63,620 nucleotides of DNA, filler included, from Octopus bimaculoides (GCF_001194135.2; 5 parts of 5 records of this genome joined end to end with filler, not necessarily neighbours in it); one strand, 5' to 3'. Positions 35,198 to 49,154 are shown, numbered from the whole stretch's first letter. A program made the numbers and translations. Notes: generated by a model not told the origin, from the letters alone.

Positions 35198-36897
35198 TTA
35201 TATATATTTTTATACCAAAATTAGGCAAAAATATTGTATCTGTTAACAAATGTAGCAAAATACTCACAAGTGAGTTTTTGTATTTATATCGATTTAAATG
35301 AGAGCTCAAAACTGATCCATTGAAAATACTTTATTATAATAATGAAAATGNNNNNNNNNNNNNNNNNNNNNNNNNNNNNNNNNNNNNNNNNNNNNNNNNN
35401 NNNNNNNNNNNNNNNNNNNNNNNNNNNNNNNNNNNNNNNNNNNNNNNNNNNNNNNNNNNNNNNNNNNNNNNNNNNNNNNNNNNNNNNNNNNNNNNNNNNN
35501 NNNNNNNNNNNNNNNNNNNNNNNNNNNNNNNNNNNNNNNNNNNNNNNNNNNNNNNNNNNNNNNNNNNNNNNNNNNNNNNNNNNNNNNNNNNNNNNNNNNN
35601 NNNNNNNNNNNNNNNNNNNNNNNNNNNNNNNNNNNNNNNNNNNNNNNNNNNNNNNNNNNNNNNNNNNNNNNNNNNNNNNNNNNNNNNNNNNNNNNNNNNN
35701 NNNNNNNNNNNNNNNNNNNNNNNNNNNNNNNNNNNNNNNNNNNNNNNNNNNNNNNNNNNNNNNNNNNNNNNNNNNNNNNNNNNNNNNNNNNNNNNNNNNN
35801 NNNNNNNNNNNNNNNNNNNAAAATTCAGAACCGAAGAAAAAAACAGTTAGATATTATAAAATACATTTTTAATACAAGATCCTGGTCAAATAGAAGTATA
35901 TCTAATAAGTAATGCTTATATATAATATACTCAAAAAACAACTTAAGTATACATAATCAAAAAAAGCCTTATACTAATTTAGTATTTATAAGTAAAAAGT
36001 CTATGGTTATTCAAGCCTGCTAGGTTATAGAGAATAAAATATCTACATTTGAATACATTCAAGTTATAGTTACAAAAGAATGAAGTTAATTAGCTAAGTG
36101 ATAAAGTTAAATATACCGAAGAAAATTAGACAGATTTATTGATTACGACATTAGCGTAGAGACCGTAAACAAAAAAAACGGTCACAACTCAAAAAATCCC
36201 CAAATAAAATTATGATTTACAAATTTAGTGATTACTATTAAATGAAGTAGCAAGCAAGAACGCTAAATAATATCATGATATATATTATGTTAAAAAAACA
36301 GACAATACATAGAGCCAGTTGTATTATAAGAGATAGATATTATGCCTTGACAAACTGGCAATTAATACTATTTTCATATTCATGGTCAAGGGGAGGTAAA
36401 TCTAGTTCTTTCATAAATATGAGTATATATATAGATTTTAAAGTGACTCAGTTTATTTTAAAAATACCAAAGCAAGAAATTAAATTGATTATGACTTATT
36501 AAAAAACATTTTTATATATAAAAAAACCAACTTCAAGAGCAACATAAATTATATATAATCTTGATATCAAAGGATATTTTTTAAAAAATATAATTGAACC
36601 ATATACATGAATTTAAGATATCCTCAATAGGTAATCATATGAATTCAAACTAAATTACACATTATAACATAGCAAAATAGTATATGGGATTGTTTATAGA
36701 GGCATCTAAACTACTTAGTCTATGCTATTAAACCTGTGACAATATTGTAAGGCCCTGAGGAGATGCAGTATCCCATATTTTATAATATGCATGAATCNNN
36801 NNNNNNNNNNNNNNNNNNNNNNNNNNNNNNNNNNNNNNNNNNNNNNNNNNNNNNNNNNNNNNNNNNNNNNNNNNNNNNNNNNNNNNNNNNNNNNNNN

Positions 36898-38330
36898 TCC
36901 TGATGGGCCGGGGGCTTTCCCTGTCTTCATTCTCTTAATTACTTTATCTACCAAGGTACTGTCAACTCGGATAGTGAGGTCTCCAAACCTCTTTCTTTGC
37001 AGCCTCGTTTAGTGCAAGTGAACCATCATCCACGTGGACACATTTCTCTCCTATGACATCACGATTCTCTGTCACACACTGTCTTGCAACATGAAATACC
37101 TCAAGTCTTTGGTCTGCATGGTGCAGAATATTGGCAAATTTTTTCTTATCTGCTTCCCCTCAGGCTAAATAAACCTGTCTCCTAGCTTCCCTTCTTGCAG
37201 TCTGATACAGTTCCCTGCTACTACCGTTCTCCCAGTCCTTCCAAGCCTGTTTCTTTTCTCTAATAGCCCTGTCAACATCATTGTTCCACGACCATGTTAC
37301 TTTGGGTTGAGAGGGGACTTTGCACCATCCACAGATCTGGTCAGCGGCCCTCAGCAGGTTGTCCAGTAGAAACCTCCAGTTGTCTTCTACATTATGTGAA
37401 GCTATATCCCGTTCTATTTTGTCAAAGGCTTCAAGTAATACATCTCTAAATCTCTGTCCATTCGCAAGTTCTTTAAGCTTCCAGACCCTTCTCCTCCGTG
37501 CTGGTCATCTTCTGGGCATCTAGTTATCCCTAATTCTGAAGTCTCTAACTGCTAATCTATGTTGTGGGGTACATTCTTCGCCTGGGAAGGTTTTGCCATT
37601 TATAAGCAGCCATCTTTCCCTTTTTCTGGTGAGGATGTAGTCAATTTGGCTAGTGTGACTGCCAGAACAGTAGGTGACTAGGTGACTGGCAGGTTTCCTG
37701 AAGTTAGTATTGCAAACTATAAGTTCATTTGCATTGCAGAACTCCAGCAGCCTCATTGTGGGAACCAAAACCGTAGCCTCCATGTACACCATGAATGCCC
37801 CCTACATGTTGTCCAACATGTCCATTGAAGTCACCAGCCACAAAGAGAAGGTCCCTGTCATTCGTCAACGAGGTAGTCTGCAAGAGGGTGTCATAAAATC
37901 GGGCTTTCTGTCCATCAGGCATCCCCAGCTGAGGGGCATAGGCCGAGATGACGGTAGCTAACCCATGATGAAGCACTAATCTAATCTTAAGTATTCTGTT
38001 GCATACTCTGACTACCTCAATTACCTTATTCACCCATTTCTCTGCAAGAAGTATACCCACGCACCCAACCTCATCTGTGTTCCCTGCCCAGAAGATCTTG
38101 TACCTGTGTTCTTTGTCTGTGAGGAACCTAGCGGAACTTCCTCTCCACCTTACTTCCTTGAGGCAGCACATATCGACACATCTCCGTTCAAGCATCTCAA
38201 CAATCTCACCAGACCTACTTTTCAGTGTGCTGACGTTGAGAGTGCCAACCCTGATGGTGTGGGAGGTATGGGCCCGTGAGACCTTAGAACGGAAGACAGC
38301 ATTGTCATGTATCTGAAAAGAAAGCTTGCA
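36898..38330 (-). mobile_element. RTE-clade LINE 5' half (apurinic endonuclease plus start of RT), frameshifted
   Basis: VGTLNV, CLKEVRW, ISAYAP, AGDFNGHVG, SQIDYIL, HRLAV and GKAPGPSG motifs. Confidence 0.9.
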
Positions 38331-38576
38331 TTTGGCAGAATTCATAAACAAACAATAGCCTTCAATTCAACCTGCATATACTACACTATCATATTTTTGC
38401 ACTATATGATCACTATCTTACATAGGAGATAAACCCTAAGTAGGGGTGGGGATGGCGTAAAGCCTTCAGAAGTGTTCATGGTGGACAACCAAAGGATGAG
38501 AGAGGATAGGAACTTCTGGTACAGGTGGAGGAGGTGGGAGAGCGGGCATACCGCGAACTAGCTAATTTAGACGAGG

Positions 38577-39187
38577 GCATCTTCTGGATACGTATTCTTT
38601 TAGCGGAGGTATTAAAAAAAATCGAGTAGGGGAATCCGAGTGCGTGCGCTAGTTTATATAGGGTGGTAGTGGTGTTGGTGGTGGTGGAGGAAATCTTGGC
38701 GAAGTGAGTGGTAATCGAAAGAAAGAGAGAGGGGGTAGTAGTCAGAACATGGAGAAAAGTATTCTTTGGGGATTTGTGTTGCATAATTTAATGAGACAGC
38801 AAATGTTGATAATAGTAAAACAGAATTGAAAAATCCGAGAGTTTTCGGTCAGCTAATCTAAGACAGAATTAGAGAAATAAATGACTGTGTGATAAACTTT
38901 AATAAATGAATGAATGTGTTGCGGTTAAAGAAATGTGTGAACTAAGATTATCTTAAGGCAACAACGAGGAAGATGAAGCTATTGAAACTATACATGATGA
39001 CATGGTAATGAAATAGACAGAATAATGAAAAGAACTAAATAATGGGTTCATGATCTGCGCAGAAATAGAAGAGTAGATGAACAAGGTTGAATAGACAAAA
39101 CTTCTTATCTGAGCATCTTCTGAGATTCGTATTCTTTGGCAGAGGTATTAAAATTGAGTATGGGAATCCGAGTGCATGCGCTAGTTT
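38577..39187. repeat. Pair of about 77-bp direct repeats (38577-38655 and 39113-39187)
   Basis: GCATCTTCTG...CGTATTCTTT...GAGGTATTAAAA...GAGTA(G/T)GGGAATCCGAGTGC(G/A)TGCGCTAGTTT. Confidence 0.85.
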
Positions 39188-39328
39188 GAGCATGTGATTA
39201 GGAAGCATTATATTCACCAACTGAATAGGTTATGTATATATACAAAAAGTAATATGGTATTGTAATTATATGCAATGCATTTTATGTTATATAATATAAT
39301 GAAATAATGCTGGAAAACAAATATATGA

Positions 39329-39960
39329 TTATATAAATTTAGAAAAAGTGTACTTATGTGCATGCAAACATTGGTAAACTTTTTCTGATTTATCATTCAA
39401 GAGATTGTGTTTAGAGATTAGGATATGGTACATTTCATCTTGGTAGAGCGAACATGTCTTGGCTGGTGGTTTATAGGGCAGAGCATTGTTTAGAACTTTC
39501 CATCTTATTTTATAGGTTTTTATTACTATCTTTAAGTTTCCAGATAAATTTACTAAGTTCTGTGCTATTATGTTTATTAATGAGGCTTCATGGTTTGCAA
39601 TACAATATTTCATGTAACACGCTGTTGCTCCAAGATAATAGAAATGTTTACCTTCAGATTCAACTGTGGCTTGGTATATTAGGTTTTTCTGTTTACAGTA
39701 ATTGTTAGATTTACAATTTGCTTTAACTCTACAGTCACATAAAGCATTTAGATCATTATTGCCTGTATCAGTATTAATGCTCATGTTTTGTCTAGATATA
39801 ATATTAGAGTCAGTTTTAGTAGTATTTGTGTTCCTAGTTGGAAGGGGAATGCTTCTATTTTTATGATACTTATCAAGTTTAATATTATTTGAAGATGATA
39901 TATGTCTAAATAAGTTTTTAGTTATAGAAAATTTGATCCTTATTAAATTATTATTAATTA
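39329..39960 (-). mobile_element. Penelope-like element, GIY-YIG endonuclease C-terminal fragment
   Basis: CDCRVKANC...LIYQATV...YYLGAT...NH...KIRWKVL..A.PY....KTCSL...LLN......C.H matches the PLE endonuclease layout. Confidence 0.8.
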
Positions 39961-40062
39961 TGGTACTATATTTACTAGAAGTGAAATGTTTATCTATTAT
40001 GGAATACTTTGATAAGGTTTGTCTTTATTTTTATGCCAAAAGGCAAGATATACCAAATTATA

Positions 40063-40065
<3 letters not shown>

Positions 40066-40103
<38 letters not shown>

Positions 40104-42175
40104 GTTCAGTAGTTTTATTTTTTTAACGTGCTTTCACTTCACTACTGAGTGCAGCTCTGTGCGCCTTGGGTATGTGCTGTGGTTTGCTGTGGTGCTCTTA
40201 TGGTTACTGTATTGAAAGTGTTTTGCGTAGGATGTGTGTAGTGCCCAGTAGTGCAATTTTCTGTATGTTATATATATTTGTAAGTCCTGGTATTTTTGTT
40301 ATGTATTTGTCTGAATATTTTTTTATTATACCTAAGGCACCTACTATGATAGGAATTGTTTCTGTTTTTAGATTCCACATTCGAGTTACCTCTATTTCCA
40401 GGTCTTTGTNNNNNNNNNNNNNNNNNNNNNNNNNNNNNNNNNNNNNNNNNNNNNNNNNNNNNNNNNNNNNNNNNNNNNNNNNNNNNNNNNNNNNNNNNNN
40501 NNNNNNNNNNNNNNNNNNNNNNNNNNNNNNNNNNNNNNNNNNNNNNNNNNNNNNNNNNNNNNNNNNNNNNNNNNNNNNNNNNNNNNNNNNNNNNNNNNNN
40601 NNNNNNNNNNNNNNNNNNNNNNNNNNNNNNNNNNNNNNNNNNNNNNNNNNNNNNNNNNNNNNNNNNNNNNNNNNNNNNNNNNNNNNNNNNNNNNNNNNNN
40701 NNNNNNNNNNNNNNNNNNNNNNNNNNNNNNNNNNNNNNNNNNNNNNNNNNNNNNNNNNNNNNNNNNNNNNNNNNNNNNNNNNNNNNNNNNNNNNNNNNNN
40801 NNNNNNNNNNNNNNNNNNNNNNNNNNNNNNNNNNNNNNNNNNNNNNNNNNNNNNNNNNNNNNNNNNNNNNNNNNNNNNNTTCTGTGACCTTTTCTGGCGT
40901 GTGTTTATACCATCTTTTTTCTGTTGTTATTCCATAGTGTTGGCATAGCTTCCAGTGTATATAGGTCCCTGTTCTGTCGTGTCTGTGAATATATTCCTTC
41001 TTAGCCAGGACTGGGCAGCCAGAGATAATATGATTTATTGTTTCTTGTCCATCTCCACAAATTCTACAGTTACTTGTTATGTTTCTTTTCATTATATGTT
41101 TTTGGTAATTTCTGGTGGGGAGGCTTTGGTCTTGTGCAGCAATTAAAAATCCTTCAGTCTCTGCTTTGAGTCCTGAGCTTCTCAACCATTGCTGGGATTT
41201 TTCTCTGTCTATTTCTTTTGCATTTAGTTTATCCCAGTATTTACCATGTAGGGACTTTTCATGCCATCGTTTTATCTTGGTCCATTGCTGTTCTAGTTTT
41301 AGTTTGGATTTCATTTGTTTTATAGCTTTTGTTGTTTCTTCTTCTTCTTCGCATTTGTTAGGTAGTATGATTTATTGTTTGTATTTGTCAGCTTCCTTAT
41401 ATACTGAAAACAGTTTTTTGTTTTGCTTGTGTTTTGTGGCTATTTGTATTAGTTTTCCTTGCTTCTGGAGTAGGTATTTTTGCAGTCCTATGGTGGTTAT
41501 TTTATAATAGTTTTCCAGCTGTATAAGACCCCTGCCACCTTCTGTGCGTTGTATATATAGCCTTTCTATGTCAGATTTTGGGTGGTGCATCCTATATCTT
41601 GTCATTATTTTTCTTGTTTTCCTGTCTATTTTAGATAGTTCGTTTAGTGTCCAGTTAAGGATGTTGTAGCTGTAGCTTATAACTGNNNNNNNNNNNNNNN
41701 NNNNNNNNNNNNNNNNNNNNNNNNNNNNNNNNNNNNNNNNNNNNNNNNNNNNNNNNNNNNNNNNNNNNNNNNNNNNNNNNNNNNNNNNNNNNNNNNNNNN
41801 NNNNATGGGGATGGCTTTCGTTTTCACAAGTCCCTCTTTTGTTTGGAGCTGTAGCACTGTCATAGAGTGTCTTATGTATTTTATAATAATTGGTGCCACC
41901 TTGTTTATGGCTAGTGTTTCCAGAATCCACGTGTGGGGAACACTGTCAAAAGCCTTTTGGTAGTTCACCCAGGCCATACTGAGGCCTTTCTTCTTTCTGC
42001 GGCTGTCTTCAGTTATGGCTTTATTGATCAATAATTGATCTTTACAGCCGTATGAGCCCTTGCAGCATCCCTTCTGCTCTTCTGGAAACAGGTTGTTATT
42101 TTCCAGTTGCTTCCTTAATCTCTGCGATATTATTGCAGTAAAGGCTTTGTAGATCGTAGGGAGACAGGTTATATT
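40066..42175 (-). mobile_element. Young 5'-truncated R4/Dong-clade LINE (RT, CCHC, RLE) with a (TAA)n tail; two internal gaps
   Basis: GSYGCKDQLLINK, AWVNYQKAFDSVPH, GGRGL, AAQDQ, CRICGDGQETINHIISGC, RHD and IPIIVGALG. Natural stop at 40204-40206, one premature in-frame stop at 41372-41374. Confidence 0.92.
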
Positions 42176-42776
42176 AGACCTTATTAATATTAAAGATTTC
42201 TGAGAGGTAAGTAATTCTGCTTTGAATTTTTAAAAATAAACAGCTCAATGTCAGCTAAATTTAAATGATCAGTTTCTAGTCACATGAACTCTGCATCCTA
42301 ATAAGTTTTTGTGTACATTTGAAAATTTCTAAACATAGTCCTCAAAAATGTGAATTGGTAATTCAAGACCAGAAAATTTACTTACTTTTCCCTGAAGATA
42401 ATGGGCAATATATATCTTATTACATCTATAACAGTTCGAATGTTAATGATTCAAATATACAGTTGGATTGAAACATGTGTAAGATTTTTTGGATATTTTT
42501 TAGTTGTTTTGTTGACTCACTTCCTTTTATAGTTTTTCTTATAGATATCACTTTTACTTTGCATTGCATTTCCATTGTGATACAAATAAAATGAACCAAG
42601 CATCTATTATATTTTTTCTTCTTCATTTTCTTTTATTAACTTTATAATTTATGAGACTGTTTATACATACATATTGAGGAACTTTCTTTCAATATATTTG
42701 ATAAAGCCAGTTGACATCTGGATTGTTATTAACAATCACTTACAGGGAAATTGCATCCTCAAATTGTGTGTGTGTG

Positions 42777-43025
42777 TGTCTGTGTGGTAAGTAGCTTGCT
42801 TACCAACCACATGGTTCCAGGTTCAGTCCCACTGTTTTGCACCTTGGGCAAGTGTCTTCTATAGCCTCAGGCTCACCAAAGCGTTGTGAGTTGATCTGGT
42901 ATGTTTGTGTGTCTATGTTTGTCCCTCCAACATCACTTGCCAACCAATGCTGTTGTGTGAGTGTCTCCATAATTTAGTGGTTCAGCAAAAGAAACCAATA
43001 GAATAAATACTAGGCTTACAAAGAA
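42777..43025 (+). mobile_element. CORE-type SINE, internally deleted
   Basis: Head, CORE and part of the body match the family. Confidence 0.8.
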
Positions 43026-43779
43026 TACATACACACACACACGTGCTTTATATATTTATATATACACGTGTACATATATGTATATATACACATATACACA
43101 CACACACACATACTTTCATGCCTGTATATACTTATATAGATGAAGTGTATATACCAATACAAAGATTAAATAAGTTATTAAATAGATTATTAAGAAGTCT
43201 ATATGTGGATACAAATAAATAAATAAATATCTGTATGTATGTATGTATACACACTTACACGACCACACTATAATAAGGGGTAAAGTAACAAGACAAAGCC
43301 ATAATATATTAAAACTATAAGACTACTCATATTTCACTTTCCGGTATGTTGGTATTTAGTTGGATTATGCCTAAGGGTTTCTATGTCTGACAGCAGGATT
43401 CTCTATACAGTAGAATCACTCAACTAATGAACCATTATGGCAGTTATTTATAAACTTAGTGATTCGCGTGTAATTATATTTCATTATTTCTACTGTTAGG
43501 GACGTCATTTACTATAGAGACACGAGTGAATACGGGTGACCCTAAGATTTGAGTATCCTACCTAACTAACTGTTAACCTACATAATTAATTATCGCTGTT
43601 GTTGTTGCCACCACCATCACCATTATTATAATGTATCCTACATAACTAACTAATTAACCAATACATTAGTTCAAATGAGTAGATAAGTAAACAATAATTG
43701 ACTAATCAAACAATCGATGAATAAAACCGTCCAAACCTTGGCAGAATATCGTTGAGTACCAGAAACCTTAGTACACAGA

Positions 43780-44647
43780 AGACAATTACTCACACATCCT
43801 CATATATACACACTCAAAATGTGCATACACACACGTATATATATATATATATAGGTGCACGTACACTAATTCACGTACACACTCACACAACTACACACAT
43901 ACATATTTGCATACCTATACATATAAGTCAACCTATACATCCACATAACTGTATTCGCACAACATTATATACATCTACATGTACATGCAGGCATAAGATA
44001 CATACTCAGTTGTTAAATAAGCACACACATACATACATATCCAGATACAAATGCATGCCCACCTATAACTACATATATCTATATGTCTACCCAGATACCA
44101 GTACATACCCACCTACAACTACATATATCTATATGTCTAGATGTAAATATCTAAATATATACATCTACAAGCACATGATATCCCCATGAATGATTGTAAA
44201 TACATAGGTATGCATATACCCCCCACACAGGCATACATACACATATATATACATACATATANNNNNNNNNNNNNNNNNNNNNNNNNNNNNNNNNNNNNNN
44301 NNNNNTTAATTAATTAANNNNNNNNNNNNNNNNNNNNNNNNNNNNNNNNNNNNNNNNNNNNATATATATATATATACATATATATATCTACACAAACACA
44401 CACACACACGCACACACGCATTCATAAATGCAAAAGTCTATATAATTATGTAAAATATCCGTATATGCATGTACATTTGTGTGTGTAAATTCAAGTGTGT
44501 ATGTGTATAAATGTGCGTGTGCATTATGTGTATACGTACACACGCACTCATACGCACACATATTCATATACACAGACAAGCACATATATAGATATACATG
44601 TACATATGTATATACATCGGTATACCTACGTCTATATCTATATATTG

Positions 44648-44741
<94 letters not shown>

Positions 44742-44791
44742 CACACAATTATATATATATACATACAATTATATACATATATATACCTATC

Positions 44792-44824
<33 letters not shown>

Positions 44825-44833
44825 GTGTGTATG

Positions 44834-44883
<50 letters not shown>

Positions 44884-44920
44884 CATACTATATACGTGTG
44901 CGATTTTGTGATTATGTATG

Positions 44921-44954
<34 letters not shown>

Positions 44955-44988
44955 TGTATGTATGTATATATGCATGCATGTATGTATG

Positions 44989-45033
<45 letters not shown>

Positions 45034-45055
45034 TCGCAAAGATGTTCACACATTT

Positions 45056-45086
<31 letters not shown>

Positions 45087-45090
45087 ATAT
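43780..45090. repeat. Large compound (CA/TA/TG/TATG/TATC)n microsatellite field
   Basis: Seen directly; source of the many spurious YI/CV/HT ORFs. Confidence 0.9.
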
Positions 45091-45145
45091 TTATATGTCT
45101 ATTTTTTATTGTTTCTCAAGCTATGTCTTGTATTCTTTATTTGTT

Positions 45146-45177
<32 letters not shown>

Positions 45178-45872
45178 ATTCTCTGTTTGATATTCTTTCC
45201 GAAGAATCCTCAGTGGAACATCATTATAAAACGCTTCCTAACAAACTCGCCAAGAATCACACCTTCGAACGCAAGCGCAGCTGAGATCAGTCCCAGAAGG
45301 AGTTTGTCTTCACAGTAATATCAAGAATTTCATGTTTTGCAATGCTGCAATGAAAAACGCTATGTCTTTAGGTATTATTATTATTCAAAGGGGTGAAACA
45401 GAAAGTAACAATTACGAAGCAGAAAGCGAATTTTATAAAGCTCCATCCTTTTTTGAAAAATATTATTTTGAGCCTTTATCACACAGCAAGTCTGAGAAGA
45501 CAACTTTAGCTTTTGGTGATTTAAAAGTAAACAAACTACGAATATTTTTTGGAATCAATAATTCCAGCTGAGTTGTCTTAGATGTGGAAAACAGAGGTAC
45601 AAAAACTGCTGTTAATAAAGCAACGATAAACTACCGTGTGGTTGATGTATATAGCAAAGTTCATGACTTGCTAATAATATTTGGATGTTCATAAGATGTT
45701 CAAAATAAAAGAGTAACGGCGTTATAGTTTTACACTGGTTAATAAATATCGATTTCTTTTGACTAAACACTTAAAGACAATCGTGCAATGATAAAGACGG
45801 GGTTTAGCCGATTAAATCGACGTATTATATAACTGGTACTTGTCGAGCAAATGAAGGAGATTTTACGTTAGA

Positions 45873-45950
45873 CAAGGCATGGGCAACCTTTTTCAAGAAG
45901 CGGGCCGCATGAGGCATGACCCATCAATAGGTGGGCCACACTACTAAAAC
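45873..45950 (+). mobile_element. hAT (Charlie-like) terminal fragment
   Basis: TAGA|CAAGGCATGGGCAACC...GCGGGCCGCA resembles Charlie-type ends; no partner end found. Confidence 0.45.
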
Positions 45951-45990
45951 AATTTTGCCCATGACTGCGTTAGACTCTTGACCTGCTAGA

Positions 45991-46208
<218 letters not shown>

Positions 46209-47640
46209 ATTACTGCAGTGGTTCTAAAAACGAAGTGCCGCAGACTCTTCACCTGCTAGAAATAGCAGTCAACTCTCTTTTCAAATCACACATTATCGCA
46301 GTAGTTCTCAAAACGGAGTGCCACGAATATTCTTTTAAAATATAATGTAAGGCTTTAGAAAACATACTAATGCTTGACCGTCTTGAAAAACAATGATTAC
46401 ACATAAGGTGAGCAATAGTTTTCTAAAGAGGGAAATTACTTCGGAGACAAAATCACACAATGAAAGCCATTCTATATTCTGTTTTCTATATAGGAATTGC
46501 AGTTCATGTCAAGCTTCAAATGACCAAAGCTTTGCCTATTACTGAGAAGGCGAAATCATACTAAAACACTGTATCTGATAGTCCGCTGACGTCCTTAGCA
46601 GCTTTGTCTATACTTTACACACAAAGGAATTTGTTTTCAGAGACAAAATCTCGCAGCAAATGCCATTCATATTTCAGTGTGGAGAACCAGTTGACAATAA
46701 ATGCAGACATCTTTATTTTGATCCTCACTTCTCCGTGTGCTTACACTGAACTAATTCCAGTCTGGCTAACCTCTTTACACACCAGAAAATATTTTGTTAT
46801 CTGTTTTCTATACAGAAACTGAAGTTCTTGTCTAGATCCACATGACCAAAGTGTTATTATGACTGAGAAAGAGAAATCACACCGATATACCGCGTCTCGT
46901 ATGATTTATAATACAAAGTCTACGGGAAGAAATCTGCTTTCTGAGACAAAATCCCGCAGCGAATGCTATTTGTGTTCCAATGTGGAGAGACGCGTTTAAA
47001 AATAAATGTTCACAGCATTACGCAGTTTTGTGGGTTTACACTGAAATGTTTTCTATACCCTTTTTCTCATTTTTTATTTTTAACATTAAATCAGTTTGTT
47101 TTAACTCTCCGCACAAAGGGCTTTGGTGATGTCTTTGATCTTCAGCATAGAACGAAATCAAGCAAAAATATTTTGCAAAATTTAATTCAGGCTAGGCACA
47201 AGCATGGCTATATGGTTAGGAAGCTCGCGGCGCCTTGGGAAAAATCGTTTCTAACATAGCCCCGTACCGACTAATGTTTTGTAGGTGAATTTGGTTGACG
47301 AAAAACTCTACCAAACTTAAAAGGTACTAAAGTCGATCTCTTCCACTAAAACCTGTCAAGGCGTTTCTTTTACATGACCGCAATCCAATGACTGAAACAA
47401 GTAAAAGAGAAAGGATAAAGGAGAAGCAAATAAAGCAACGAAGATCAATATAAACCTGTGTGCATATATTTTTAACAGGTTCCTTTACACTAGAATGTGA
47501 ATGGCATTCGCTGTGGGATTTTTTTTTCGGAGAACAAATTCCTCCATTTAGAATCGGCTTCAACTGGAAATTAAAACCGCAATCCGTACTTGAAAGAGCA
47601 CGGCACTTATCACGTGGTTATTAACTACAGATAGCATTTA

Positions 47641-47854
47641 TCTTTTATCTTTTATTTGTTTCATTCATTTGACTGCGGCCATGCTGAGGCTCGCCTTGAA
47701 GAGTTTTAGTCGAAAGAATCGACCCCAGGACTTACTATTTTTTTTTTAAAGCATCGTCCTCATGCTAACGGGCTCTTTCGCCGAACCACTGATTTACAGG
47801 GACGTAAACATACCAACATCGGTTGTCAAACGGTGGCGGGGGCAAACACAGACA

Positions 47855-47905
<51 letters not shown>

Positions 47906-48056
47906 GACGGGCTTCTTTCAGTTTCCGTCTACCAAATACACTCACAAGGTCCGAGGCTATAGTAGAAGACACTTTCCCGAGATGCCACGCAGTGGGACTG
48001 AGCCCAGAACCTTGTGGCTGGGAAGCAAGCTTCTTACCACACAACCACGCCTGCGC
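47641..48056 (-). mobile_element. Near full-length CORE-type tRNA SINE with internal (CA)n
   Basis: Head, CORE, microsatellite, body and tail are all present. Confidence 0.9.
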
Positions 48057-49154
48057 TGATAATTTTAATTTCTTTTCATCTTGTAGAAAGAGTAATGGTG
48101 GAAGAAGATATTGAAACCGATTCAATTCTAATCTCAGAATATTACTGGTATGTATTGAGATGTCTAATCTATTTTGCCGGATTTATAAACAGCACCACGA
48201 AAACATAGCTTATGATATTTTCCTTCAAAAGATATCCCCCAATGAAATATTTCAGCTACCTAAGTGCGAAACTGTGGTCTACATGCATACATACATACAT
48301 ACATACGTACTTACGTACGTACGTGCATGTGTACATACATACATGCCCGATGGCAAGTGGGCCCCTGTGCCATTAGAATCCATATATGGGGGCCCGTGCT
48401 TAGTATCTAAGGGGCCAATCCCCTCAAGTTTGAGAATTTTCTATTCATTCCTGGAAGAATGCATTAATTATTTCAGCCTGGCTGTGTTTGTAGACAGTTG
48501 AAAAGAATACTTTTAACAACAACAACAACAACAACAAAAGAAAAATTAAATGATAGCGTTGTAGTTGCGGGTGCCCCCCTCCCTAGTTTCCTGGCAACCA
48601 ATAGTTTTAGATCCAGTCCGCCACTGCATACATGTACATATATACATAGTGATACTATTAAAAGTGAAACGATATCAAAAGTGAAAATATTTATAACTTA
48701 TTCTTCGAGTTTTGAGACGTAATACGGAACCAGTGTCATTGGTTTAATCCCCAAAGATTACATGTTGACACTCACGGGGTCTCTCTNNNNNNNNNNNNNN
48801 NNNNNNNNNNNNNNNNNNNNNNNNNNNNNNNNNNNNNNNNNNNNNNNNNNNNNNNNNNNNNNNNNNNNNNNNNNNNNNNNNNNNNNNNNNNNNNNNNNNN
48901 NNNNNNNNNNNNNNNNNNNNNNNNNNNNNNNNNNNNNNNNNNNNNNNNNNNNNNNNNNNNNNNNNNNNNNNNNNNNNNNNNNNNNNNNNNNNNNNNNNNN
49001 NNNNNNNNNNNNNNNNNNNNNNNNNNNNNNNNNNNNNNNNNNNNNNNNNNNNNNNNNNNNNNNNNNNNNNNNNNNNNNNNNNNNNNNNNNNNNNNNNNNN
49101 NNNNNNNNNNNNNNNNNNNNNNNNNNNNNNNNNNNNNNATATATATACATACAT

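Noticed and set aside
42386-42425. 40-nt minus-strand candidate exon ending in GTAAGT
   Set aside because: Short, no recognisable peptide and no partner exons; noted only as a signal within the CpG-poor domain.
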